This document shows positions 1 to 12,700 of a stretch of 64,000 bases of DNA, one piece after another. Position 1 is the first letter of the stretch; each line of letters starts with the position of its first letter. The position numbers were made by a program, and so were the translations under genes. The notes under the pieces are model-generated. The model did not search any database. It saw only the letters and a list, made by a program, of their open reading frames with translations, and had not been told where the DNA came from. This stretch comes from Tubiluchus corallicola (Eukaryota > Animalia > Priapulida), in assembly GCA_030141605.1 (NCBI GenBank), contig JAQGDQ010000051.1, forward strand, positions 248,001 to 312,000, given 5' to 3'.

Positions 1-330
1 CACTACTTGCCTACCTATTTACTTGCCCACCGTCCTACCCACCTTGCCTACTCACCTAGCAACTTATCTGCTTACCGAGCTATCTATCTACCTACTCACC
101 TATTGCCTACCTACTTACCTACCGACTACCTACCTACCTACCTACCTACCTACCTACCTACCTACCTCTCTACCTACCTGCCTACCTGCTTGCATGCTTA
201 TCTACTCTCCTATCTAACTACTTAAATACCTACCTACCTACCTCCTTACTTACTTACCTACCCATCTATCTAACTAGCATGACTGCCTGACTAGCTGTCT
301 AACTAACTAACTACCTCTACGTAACTAATT
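1..330. repeat. (CCTA)n degenerate microsatellite
   Basis: Direct reading. Confidence 0.95.
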
Positions 331-398
331 ATAAAATTATTGTGAAAATAACTGCCTAATTGTAAAAATTAACAATTGTGTGCTTACTTATTTACTTG

Positions 399-565
399 CT
401 CACTCACTCACTCACTCACTCACTCACTCACTCACTCACTCACTCACTCACTCACTCACTCACTCACTCACTCACTCACTCACTCACTCACTCACTCACT
501 CACTCACTCACTTATTCACTCACTCACTCACTCACTCACTCACTCACTCACCCATTCACTCACTT
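399..565. repeat. (CACT)n microsatellite
   Basis: Direct reading. Confidence 0.98.
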
Positions 566-709
566 GTTTGCTTACTGATTTACAATAGAACAGAGCAGTA
601 TACAGTATAAAACGGCACGGAATATCGGAATGGAAGGTAACAGAACAGAGTGTTCATACCTCATTGTATCCAAAATCCTTATGTCATTATGTCATGCCTC
701 TAAACAGTT

Positions 710-915
710 TTAGTTAGGTGAGTTGGCAAGCAGGTAGATATGTAGGTACGAGTTAGGTAAGTTGTTGGATGAGTAAGTAGGTAGGTATATAGGCAGGTAA
801 GTAGGTAAGTAATAGGCAGGTAGGTAGGTAGGAAGGGAAGGAGGGAGGGAGGTAGACAGGTAGATAGGTAGCTCTGTAAGTAAGCAGGTGCTAGGTAGGT
901 AGGTAGGGCAAGTAC
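710..915. repeat. (TAGG)n degenerate microsatellite, inverted relative to 1-330
   Basis: Direct reading. Confidence 0.9.
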
Positions 916-2206
916 ATGGCAGTTTGAGGGAAAGAAAGAAAGAGGAGAGCAGGATAGGCAAAAATAGGGAAGAAGTGTTTGACTGAAATTAAATTTTGGT
1001 TAACAGCTTGAGGTTTGCAAATAAAAAAGGCAGAGGGAAAGAGAGGGAGAAAGAAGGGCAGGAAGAGAGAGTGATACTCAAATATGAGAAAAAGTGTTCG
1101 GTCGACATGTTGACAGTTTGCAAATAGATAAGGAACTGAGAAAAAGAAGATGAACTAGGTAGAAATAGGAGACAAAGAATGACGAAAAGTTTTTGTTTAA
1201 CAGACCTACAGTTTGCAAATAGAGAAAGATGGGCAGAAAGAAAGAGTGACAGAAAAGAGAAATACTATGCGGATGCCAGGTTGACATGGTTTGGACTGGC
1301 ATGGTTTTTTTTATATGATAGTGCACCAGGGTGTCTCAAAAGTTAGTATACACTTTACATTTTCTATATTTTCAGAAAACAAAGGAAAACGTTCGAAAAT
1401 TGGTACATACTAACTAAAACCTTAGGCAATTATTTTGGTCAGATAGACAAAAATATGAAAAAAACTAATAGGCAATGATATTTTCGCTATCTTCTTCGGG
1501 CACTTTAGGGACCTCAAGTGCTTCAAAGACCAGTCCAATGGCACTTTGGGCATCTTGCCTTAAGATTATCCTTCATAGCGTATGAGTGGTCATTTTTTAC
1601 ACCTCATTTCTAACGTTATTGTCGTCGCTCTAGCAACAGGGTTGTAATAAAAAATAAATAAAAAGATACTTTTTGAAACGGATAAAAGCTTACTGGCGAA
1701 GGAGGGGGAAAACGAAGACAGTGACATATAAAACACTTGATTTATCTCTGTAAATTTCTTATAATAGCAAGCGCGTGATATTTTCAATATAACTTCGAAA
1801 CAATGAATGTACTTTTATCAATACGGAGTTGTTTTATTTTACACGTACATAGTAAACCAATGTATACGAAACATCATTACAAAAATATATAGGGCATAAT
1901 TGCACCATATTTTTGGCAGGTATTAGAGGGAAGAAGATAAATACACAGTGTAAACACGGATAACGCTGTTATTATTCATCACAAACAAGGGCAATGAAAA
2001 CAAACAATCCAATGAACTTTATCATGTTTGCGTCACCAATCACATGGGTGCTTCACCCATTTAACTGGATTTTAGTCTTTTTTTATAAAGTTTGGATGGT
2101 AGGCGTCGATTTTCCGGCAACTTTTAATAGCCTTATGATTGGTAACCTTTTGTCGAAAAACCAAACTACCTGTTTGTCTAAGTGCTAGTTGTTGTAAGTG
2201 TATGCG

Positions 2207-2521
2207 TAGGGCCGGATTATTACCTTTTGGGTTCCCTAGGCTAATGAAATTATGTGGCCCCTCAGACGGAGCCACCCTCTATCTAACTCACCCGCGCCAT
2301 ATTTTTTACTCGTGATATATTTTAGCAACAGCTATCGTTTGTTTGTCAATAAAAATATTCTTTGACTAATACCACTATTTTACTAGTTATTGCAACCCAA
2401 GTTACCGCATATGTCAACACAACCCTAGGTGAAAAAACAACAAAATGTTGTACCGAATGTTGTCAAAGCTTGAGGCTCCCTGGCTGCAGCCTATACTAGC
2501 TTATACGATAATCCAGCCATG
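2207..2521. mobile_element. hAT-type MITE
   Basis: TIRs tagggccggattat / ataatccagccatg; degenerate 8-bp flanks tgtatgcg / tatatgca. Confidence 0.6.
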
Positions 2522-3099
2522 TATATGCACATATAAGTATAGGCAGGCATTCAAGATTTTTTAAAATCTGTCAAGAAGAATAAACAACGGTAGGTTAGAA
2601 CTGAAGTTACAACCAAATTCCCAACGAAAAAATTTATAAACCCAAAATATGACCCCCTAAAGGTTGAATTTTCACTAACATTAATAACAACTTAGAGCCG
2701 AGAAAAAAGTCAACTATAGAACTTTCGCTGTACAGGAAATATTTAGAATAAAACCAATTTGACAATTGTGTCTGTTAGGTAGACATGATAGAGACGAAAG
2801 GAGAGGAAACAAGCGTAATAGTTAGATAATTTACTTGAAGGGTTAAGGTGGCTTTGCAAGTGATTCGATGAAAATTTGCAACCCGAAGTGATATCAAACG
2901 AATTGGCTGCGTAACTAAAATGACTAGTTTGGCTCATTTGAGTTTGATACTGAAAATGCATTAGGATCTAAATTTTCTTAAACACCGCTGCCGGAAGAGA
3001 CGTCATGCAAACCAGGGAAAGCCTAAAATTGAGTTCAATGAAAACTTATGAGAACATGAAATGGAAGGGCATCTGAAAATAAGAAGACTCAAAAACAAG

Positions 3100-3200
3100 A
3101 AATCATCTTCATCATCATCATCATCATCATCATCAACAACATCGTCGTCGTCATCATGATCATCATCAGCAGCAGCAGCAGCGTCATTATCATCATCACT
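3100..3200. repeat. (CAT)n/(CAG)n trinucleotide tract
   Basis: Direct reading. Confidence 0.9.
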
Positions 3201-3591
3201 ATTTTGTCTAGCAGTCCCTAGTATCGGTAATAAGTAGACTGCTTTGTTAGTTCTACTTATTCCGAAGTGACACCTTTGTGTAACAATTGTCAGCGGCTTT
3301 TAAGTAAAAGACACGTCAACTTTTTTACATCACTCTGGCATATAAATAATAAATAGTTCTAAGAAATTGCAAAATGTGGAACGATCTTCTGTTAGAGGAA
3401 CCAATTTTGGAAAGTTTAACAAAGAATTCTTTCAATGTAGAAAGAAAATGTGCTGAATCAGTGCAAGGAAAGCACTAGAAAATGCAAATATGATAAACCG
3501 AGAAGCTATATAACTGGAAATAATTCAAAAACACATATTGCCGGTTGAATGCGGATTATGAACAACATCGTGTTTGTCACATTTTTGTGGA

Positions 3592-3774
3592 TTAGGATGT
3601 TTCAAAACCAGAATTGTAACATTCGTCATCATCCTCTGTCGTATCTGGCATATATAGGCATAATTTGTACCAGCCTACTGTGTGATTACTCAACATGAGA
3701 CGATCCAAGTCAACAACTACTTCTCCTATGCAGTTGTTATGTTCAGGTATTGGTCTTTTCTCCCATACCATAAT
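3592..3774 (-). CDS. RIM/Fife-like exon 24, C2B end and stop
   Basis: [38 protein letters not shown]...GFETS, then TAA. Confidence 0.95.
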   Translation of the reverse strand: MMVWEKRPIPEHNNCIGEVVVDLDRLMLSNHTVGWYKLCLYMPDTTEDDDECYNSGFETS

Positions 3775-6700
3775 CTATAATTATACAGTAAAAAATATCA
3801 CGAAATCTCTTGAAATATAATTGTTAAAACAATTTGTTAACAATAGAACACTTGAATGACAAAAATAGTACTAATAACACATGCACATGCAGGAAAAGTG
3901 CCAATTTCAAGTGCGTAGTCTTTTCCCTACAGAAGATGTGACCGAATCATGGTACAATGATAATTGCAGCTTTAACGTTGCGCTAAGTTCTAACTTGCTA
4001 CAAGTGATTTTTCTCCTCTGGGATATTAATTATACATTCATTTGTCATTGACTACATTACTGTTATTATTATTGTTTTCCATCATCCTCACCCTAATTGC
4101 CACTAGCAGCTCCAAGTGAGTATGCCAGGTAATTTGCTCAGAGTACCCAAAGTCGTAATTATTTTCCTTTGTTAATGCAAAAAAACTCGACAAAACTCAA
4201 TTTGAGAGACTCATCCGTCTTACTGATTCTGCTATTTATATTTATCACCACTATTATTTGTCTGTATCACTTACATCAATTTCAGGTTAAAATGCGTACT
4301 CGTCTTTTTATAGGAAATTTCTAAACGTTACATTGAACAAAAGCTATAATACCTGTACACTTCTTCCAAGAACATCGCAAGCCATGTATTTGAGCACTTG
4401 ATGATAACTTGGTTCAGTACTACGTCGAACTACTCGTGTCTTTCTTTTTTGAATTCTCCTTTCGTCTTCGCATAAATAAGTTTTGACATATGTATCTTAG
4501 AAAACAAAAATCAAACTTAATATAACTGACTGGTTTTATAATTTATAACTTGGCGCAGTCTAGGCAGTCGATTATTAAACGCTTGATTTTTGTTTGTATG
4601 GTCCTACTTAAAAGAAAGTGTGCTCTGCTCTACCCTGATGATTTGTAATCGAGATAGCCCGTCTTTGACAATCAAATTACTACTAAATATACACAGGAAT
4701 AATAAATTGTTGGCAGCTGGTCTGCTGATTCTTCCCCTGAATTTTCTGCTAGAAATGGCGTCAGGCAGGGGGCAGTGTGGCATCTTAGTTTTTTGCGTCT
4801 ATATAAATAGTTTATTGAATAAGGTTTGTGGTTTATTATTATTATCCCCTTCAATCAAATTTAGAACCTGATTTGTGTAAATTTTAATATACTAAAGCAT
4901 TAACTTTAAGGCAATAACATTGTCTCGTTTTCGATTTATGTAAGTGGAAAATCCGGTTAATCGACATACCTGGGGCATTTCCTTGTGCATTGGTCGGCAA
5001 TCCATGAGCGGAAATGATGTCTATCTCAAGATGACCTTTACTCATCACAAAACCAAGTCTGATTTCACCAATATCAGAGCGATCTATAAAACAATGCTCG
5101 TAGCGATGGAATGAATTCACAACTGTTGAATTTTGAAACCAAATTTGCTGGGACATGGTAATTTAGCAGTCATAACGTTTGCCATGTAAGCAAAGGGTGC
5201 CTGGTTCAAATTCAGGCTGTGTCACGACTTTTTTACATTTCTTTTCTTTAGAGAAAATTTGATTTCAAAATTCAACGTTTGTGGGTTTGCTCCACTAAAA
5301 GTGGCTACTTAGGTCTACAAATGATTTCAATGTCATACTATAACCAATCTTGTATTCTTGACATCTTTGCAGTTACAAAAGATTCTGGCAAGTACTTAAG
5401 TGTTAAAAGATTTGTGCTCTTGGTATGTGCTTCGTTGCATATGCTGGACAGAGTGAGGAAATTACCTAATTTAGTTTGAGATGCAACTTGTCCAGGTCCA
5501 AATGATGTTGTGATATCCAGACCTTCTGGGGCAGGTCTTTCCAAAGACTGCAAATGACTGAAAAATATCACGATGATGGTAATTTGGTGTAATTACAAAA
5601 ACAAACTTCAACACCACCGCCACTGCTGTCACGCAACCACTCGAACTGCCATTACCAGCACTATGCCGCTATGAAACATAAGTCGTTTTTACAGAAATTT
5701 CACATTTTAGGAAAAAAAGCTAAATGTTGCATAACAGATCTAAAGCTTTTGGTTTACATGTGGTTCAGCCTTATTCTAATTTAGCTGTTTTACGCATTCG
5801 CGTTTGAATGATTCTAGTTTCAATGAAGTAGCATCACTTACTTCATGAAAAGTTCCCAGTCTTCATCTGATATATTAGACATCGTGGAAGAGCTACTTGA
5901 ACCTCGACTTCTTGGTGGTGCCAAAAATTCCCAGTTAACTAAGTTCAACAAAAAATGTATTGTTTAACAACAATTTACTTTGTAGAAAAACAATTTAAGG
6001 ATGGCGTCGTCTGATTTAGACAAATACGTTGTAATTTTTATTTTAATCTAAGACACGGAAGACGCATCCCACGTTACTGGAACAGCATCTTTAGCTAATT
6101 GAATATGAAACACAAAACTATTACTTAATAGTAACTTACTTGCTAATCTTTCTTCTTCTTCTAGTTCATCACTCTGAGATGGAGCTTGTATGCAGAAATA
6201 GCTGCTCCTTCGTTCTGCTGCGTTAAGATCTGTGTACACATATATAAATAAATATATATACATATAGGATATAATTAAATAGGATTTTGAAACAAAGCAG
6301 TTCCCGCACTAATTCACACGAAATACTAAATTATAAACAATGCACGAACATGGTAATACAATATTGGAAAAATATTGTCCGCCATAATGTGGGCATTGGG
6401 CACATATTCCCACAAGATACAGTGTGAATGTTGCAGAAATCTGCTTAGCCAGTATTGTCACCACATTGTCACAATATAGGAAAAATATTGTTAAAGAAAT
6501 ATTGGTACTTGTTGTGGCAAGTCCACACTTGCATATGGTATCCATATTGGCTGACAATATTGATTCAATATTCTAATATTTGCAAAAGTATTGTGATAAC
6601 ATTGGTACAAACTATAATAAATGATGAGATACTGCTGTGCAGATATTAAATTTTCAACTGGACAGCAATTGAATATTGGGTAATTGTGAAAGTTGTTATC

Positions 6701-9700
6701 CTTAAATTTAAGGCATGCCGTTACAGCAACTATCTATTTTGCAATACCCTATGAAGCTTATACCTACCAGCTTCTTCAAGAGCCAGTGCACGCATCATTT
6801 TTGAACGAACCTTTTGCCCAAAAGAAACGCTCTCTGAAAAATTTACGCAAAGCGGTAACATGCCAATAGTGTCTACACAAGTACGCGAAGTAAAAAATAT
6901 TTAGACAGTTTTATAAGACCAAAGTACTCAAATGTTAGAAAAAGACGCTAACTTATTTTTATGCATGCTTCATCTTTTTGTTCCCATTACTTTATACTTT
7001 GACTAGCTTTTGACTTTGAACTATCACTCACAGTAACTAATTGCAACTAAGCTACATCGGAACGCAACTAATCACACAGAGATAGAGATAAAAAATAACG
7101 CACATACATCTGATACTTTCTGTTGAGGCGAGGCTCTTGGGTATATCATTACAAATTCTTATACTTTTTACCATACCGACAGTATTATTACAAGTCAGCC
7201 CGGCAAGCTACCATTTCAGATGTTTTAAAGTAACTCTGATGTCAGAAAAATGATTTCCCAGTGGAAACTGAACCCTGTACTCTTTAAAAAACAAGATCTT
7301 ACTATATTTTTCCCCCAATGTTTTTGTTACATAAATGTAGAGATCATTTCAAATCAAGTGAATGTCATTGTCTGTGAGATTCGTAATTTTGGGTCCTCGT
7401 GGGCAATTCTCTTTTTGCTACTAACCTCTCATGAGCAAACTGGTGTAGAATTTTTCGACGATATGAAAACACGGTATGAAAACAGTGGTAACGATTGCCA
7501 TTTAGCGTCAGACAATAGCACAAAGTTTTCATGAATAGGGAAATTAGCATTCTAGAGACACCACAAATATCAAAATCTGTTTCTGTCGTATTTTGCTAGG
7601 CAATTAAAAACATAGATAAAGAATGTTTGTTAACTAAATCCACATCTTGTAGGAAGTTCTTCCCAAATTCTGAGATATTAATACATTTAATTGTCCAGTT
7701 ACGCATTATGTCCTCAATTTCGGTGATTTTCAAAATATTGGTTTGCAAAATTGCTGCATGGCGTTTCCTTGCAGACACAAAAGGAACATCAAAGAGGAAA
7801 GAATAACAAAGCTTTGCAGGAAAAGAGAATTTTATTAAGTGTGCTTATAATAATTGTCTCACCTGGAGCTGAGTTTTTTCTTGTAAAATCAAAAGAAGAC
7901 TGAGGTCGATCACTGAATGGCAAAGGTGCAGATGATTTGCGAAAACGGCTTGATTCATCAACGGAAAGAAAGTTCGTCGAATGTTGCACTGTATAAAAAA
8001 ATATAATAGAACTGACTGCTAGCGTAACATTATAATATTAACCCCGGTCCGCACTCTTTATTTCTTTCTTATTTATTTTTATTATTAATTTTATGGAAAC
8101 CATGATAGAATATGTAACAGAAACGCAGACATAATGCAATGCAACTACAATAGCCTTAAAAATAAAAATAAATGACAAAGGTATATAAACGTACAAGAAG
8201 AAAAATGTGGATAAAAGACAGAGAGCGATAGATTATTATTTAGGATTACAAAACAGCTACTATATATTAAAAGAGTAAGCTTAATAAAACAAAAGCCTGG
8301 ATTAGTTTGATTTCTCTTGACACTTACGCCTATCATCCATAGAACGACATTTTCTAATGTTAACATCTAACGAAGGAAAAGAAACATCAACTGTGTCAAA
8401 TCCAACTTCTGAAATTTATAAGAACAAGAGATGACAAACATAAAGGTGTTGCAAAATTAGCTTATAATAATGCACCAAGATATTAAATATAAACATCTTT
8501 ATGCATCAATATGCTGGTTACTATAATCAGGTTGCTAAAAATGAATGTCTTAGGACTGTGCATATTGGTCACTCAATTTACTTAATTTAAACCAATTACT
8601 CAAAATGGATAATCCGAGACTATATATGCTGGTAATTCAGCCTTATTTTATATACTGAAGTTAACTAAGATTGAGCTTCTTAGTATTAAGTATGACAGTT
8701 ACTCGGACTTGAATACGGTTTTTTTGCGTCTTTTTTACTGATTTTCTGAAGGCTGTTTTTCGTGCTCAGTGGAACAGTCGAAGGGATATATTTTCAAGTT
8801 AGACACGCAAGTTAATTTAGCTAAAGTGACAATTGTCCAGTAATTTGCTGAGCCATTTTAACGTAAGAACACTTATTCTCGAAACTATATAATTACTGTG
8901 TTGACAAAGAATTGTCTGAAACGTGATGCAATAAAAAATCTGCTGCCATATCCATTTCACTATGAACGAACTCAATGGTAGACCAAAGATTAAAAACACT
9001 GACTTTACAGTATCGAACGGCTTGTTGTCAAACAACAGAAGTCGATAATGAGCAATTAATATTAAACTCAGTTAATTATTCATGTTTATCATTTTTAAAT
9101 AACCCGAGTTTTCAATGAAGGGTCTCTTTATAATAGCTGTAGATAAATTAGTGGGGCATGTCAATTACACAAGGGTAAAAGCTTGAGGACGATTAGATAG
9201 GAATGATTCGCATTTCAGTGCTGACATTATACATGCATATTAGTAACACATCATGTGACGCAATGTAAGCTATTGGCTAAAAAGTCCTCCTTCTTGGTAA
9301 TACTTTTGCTTTTTTGCATTTCTTATTAATGCACATTTTCAGAATCTGGTTGTTTGCTATCCAACCGTTAACTTATAAACATGAATTCTTTCTCACTTGA
9401 CATATGCCTGCCACCTATTAACGTAGAATGTTATTAGTGTAACTTGTTTAGATTTAAAAGACGATCAGTGACGTTATGTATCCATTTCTGTTTAGATTTG
9501 TTGGACAATTTCATTATTTTCTACGTTTTTTTCGGCGATAGATTGCAGTAGCAATGTTCCCGAAATCGGTTAGAAAATAAAAAATTGTTGAACCAAATTC
9601 AACAATAAGACAAAATCGGATAGTAGACGATATCACTTTCTTTTCATATGGCCTCTACATATTTAGTCTCTAAATAAATTAAACTAAGCCAACTTATAAA

Positions 9701-12700
9701 CCGCTTTATCATTGAACTCTGGTAAAAAGGAGAGAGCTTTCGTAAGCACTAGACTCAGGTCAATCAAGTTAGTTTGCGTAAATTCAAAAAAGGGCTGCTC
9801 TAGCCTCCAGCGTCATGTAGAGTTTAGCGAAAGTAACTGACCACAAACGTCAGTAACTGATGACACACAAAACTGCAACTGTTATCTCACTTACCTAAGA
9901 CTGACTATTGTAGATCAAAATGACAATAAAAAACAAAGAAAGCAAAAGTTTAATAAACATGAATCAGATCTGATAACAAAGATTGTCATATTTATAAAGA
10001 ATCTTACTTGGCATTTCTGTATTTTCTCCGCCCAAGTCCAAAGACGGAGGGGAACACACCAACTTTATAAGCTCATGCTTGCTAAGTACTATTGTAGGTG
10101 GTTGTGGCAAACCAAGTGTTGAGGGTAACTCTTCATGTGCAGTAGAGTCTCCTTTAATGTTTCCTATAAGGAAGCAATGTAACGAGTGAATTGCCATAAA
10201 AATGTGCAAAAAAACAATTAAGCAAAGATTATTAATTATATTACTGTATTGTATTATTGGGTAGGATAGAAATGCTCGAACGGCCTACGTAGTGTCTATT
10301 TCATATTCAAATAAGCACCCTAATTAGAAAAATTATAATTAACCCTATATAGTGAAAACATAATGAAGCTACACACTTTAAAGGAAACTGAACAAATTTT
10401 TATGCTATATATTTAAGGAATAATTTTACAAATTCGATTGCGACAAAAATTAACAAAAATCACATGCAATATGGATTATTATAAGCGCAGACAAGCTTCA
10501 CAATATAGTTAAAATCATTCTATTTCGAAAAAGATACATAAGGGCCTTTAATACTAACCAAGTGATGCTCTGCTTTGTCTTCGTTTTAATCTAGCCAGAA
10601 GCGGACTCTCAATAGATTTTTGTAAAGTAAACCAATCGGGTACATCGTTTAAATCTACGCTCTTTAACTCAATGAGTGATTCACCAATAAAACAGTTACC
10701 AGCATCGGGATTAAAATCCCAAACACCAACATCCATGAAGTAGGTTTTCACTGTCTATCAAAGACAAAATACAAAAAAAAATAATTAGAGCACAGGAATT
10801 TACAATGACAAATTCAACGCCAACGACAAAACAATGACAATTGGCACACTGACACCAACACCACTGCCACCACGACACTACTGCCGCCTTCACCACTGCC
10901 ACTGACACTACTGCCACCGACACCACTGCCACCACTGCAACCACCACTGCCAGTGCCGCCACCAATGCCACTGCAGCCATGTCCACCAGCATCAGCAGCA
11001 GCAGCAACGGCAAAGAAAAGTACCAACAACAGCACAGCAAGAGCAACGGAACAGTAACAGCAATAGCAATGACAACGACAGCAACGGACTAAGCTTATAG
11101 CAATTCTGGATAAATAATACGCCAAAGTCCCTGGATGCCTTTCACCTTGAACACTTTCTAAAATTTCAACCCATTTGTATGAAAAGTAAGAAAGAGTAGT
11201 ATGAAATGCGAAAAATCTGGTTTCAGGAAAAAAAGAAGCCACCAACAGTACAACGTATTTCTCAGCTAGTAAAACTTGCACGTGTGCGTCTGACTCCCCT
11301 TAATCTTCAAACACTCATCTGCAGCTTACTGTGATTAAGTTAATCACTCTACGACATAATCTACTATAATGGTGCATTTGCTTCAGTTTATTTCAAATAA
11401 GCATTGATACCTTATTGTCCGGTATATTGTAAAAGACAAACGCAGTGTTCCATTCTGGATAAATACTTCGTTTAACGTAAATAGTTTTGTGCGTGAATCG
11501 GCGACTACAAAAAACCGAACAAAAACCTTCATTATTATGTTTGTCCCTGAATTACACTAATGTGAACTACCCAACGCAATAAAATGCAATTTTTCAATAA
11601 AAGCATAAAATTAATTAGATAACAAAAAGCGTTGTAATTTTCTGCTTCAGTTGAACGCTTGTCAATAACTTTAGAAAATAGGCCTTTATTATAGCAATTA
11701 AGCAACATCGATATTTACGTGCAGCAATACAATATTGTAAAGGTGGATGCGCATTTGTGCGATTAAATGTAGCAACGCTTCTTGAGATTTGGCGTCAAAG
11801 TTTTCATGCTAATGCAATATATAAAAGAGCCGCAATAAAGGAGAAATAAATTGCAGAAAGCTTACAGTTTTAAATTTTAATTAGTTCTAAAGAACATTTG
11901 CAGTTTTTAATTTTAAGTAATTCTACAGAACATTTGCAGTTTTCAATTTTAATTAGTTCTAAATTTTTACGCTTTTTAATTTTATTTAGTTCTAAAAACA
12001 TCTGATAAAGGTCTTTTATATATAACATCCCATCTATTTCTGATTTGCCAGAAGTAGGACAATTCTAAAACTTCTTTCAAATTTGTGAGCAAAAACAATT
12101 TTTACCTCTTCTGCATGTTAGATGGAAGAAGTTTAATCTTTACGTAAGGCTGAGGTGGCTCTCTGGTGTATAAATCACGATACGGTAAGTTCTTTGCTTG
12201 TAGAATAGTCACAACTAAGTTCTTATTTTCATCGTCAAACCAAAATTGGAGCTCTATAGATCCTGTCACTTCTGGGTGCTTTATTTCATGCTGAAAATAT
12301 AGACAAGTAATACTATTAGATCCTGCAATTTGGATTTCATATTCTATTATGCAGAGTGATCACTTATTCTGTTCTTTATCACCATAATGCGTTTATTTTT
12401 CGTCCTAGGCGACGATAGTTCTGTGTTTACGTGGTCAATCTTCTGATTTCTTTATTGCATCGCATTTCGGTAAGATTTTTTTCTTTCAGTTGTAGCAGAC
12501 GGGATTGTCCAAAGGCAGTTCGCAAATACCTTCTTCATAATTTATATATGAGTCTTTGCCTCACTGTTACTTTCTCCGTCTATCTTCTTTTCCCCCTACT
12601 TTTCCTTTCATCTATAATTCTTGGTCTGCATCACCATATTTTTTGTCTTTAAACTAAACCGAACTAAACTGTAACAACTACATAATGAAATATCTTAATA

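Noticed and set aside
7-961. ORFs rich in LPTY or THSL repeats
   Set aside because: Translations of tetranucleotide microsatellites.
7108-7550. Additional linker exons between exons 17 and 18
   Set aside because: Candidate segments have incompatible phases or stops; exons 17 and 18 already join in frame.
9496-9758. Further upstream exons of the nested antisense candidate, including a signal-peptide-like segment
   Set aside because: The second segment has three stops in 30 codons and a weak donor; not distinguishable from noise.
10711-11281. Gly/Ser/Val-rich minus-strand ORFs
   Set aside because: Arise from low-complexity trinucleotide DNA; the real C2A exons flank them.
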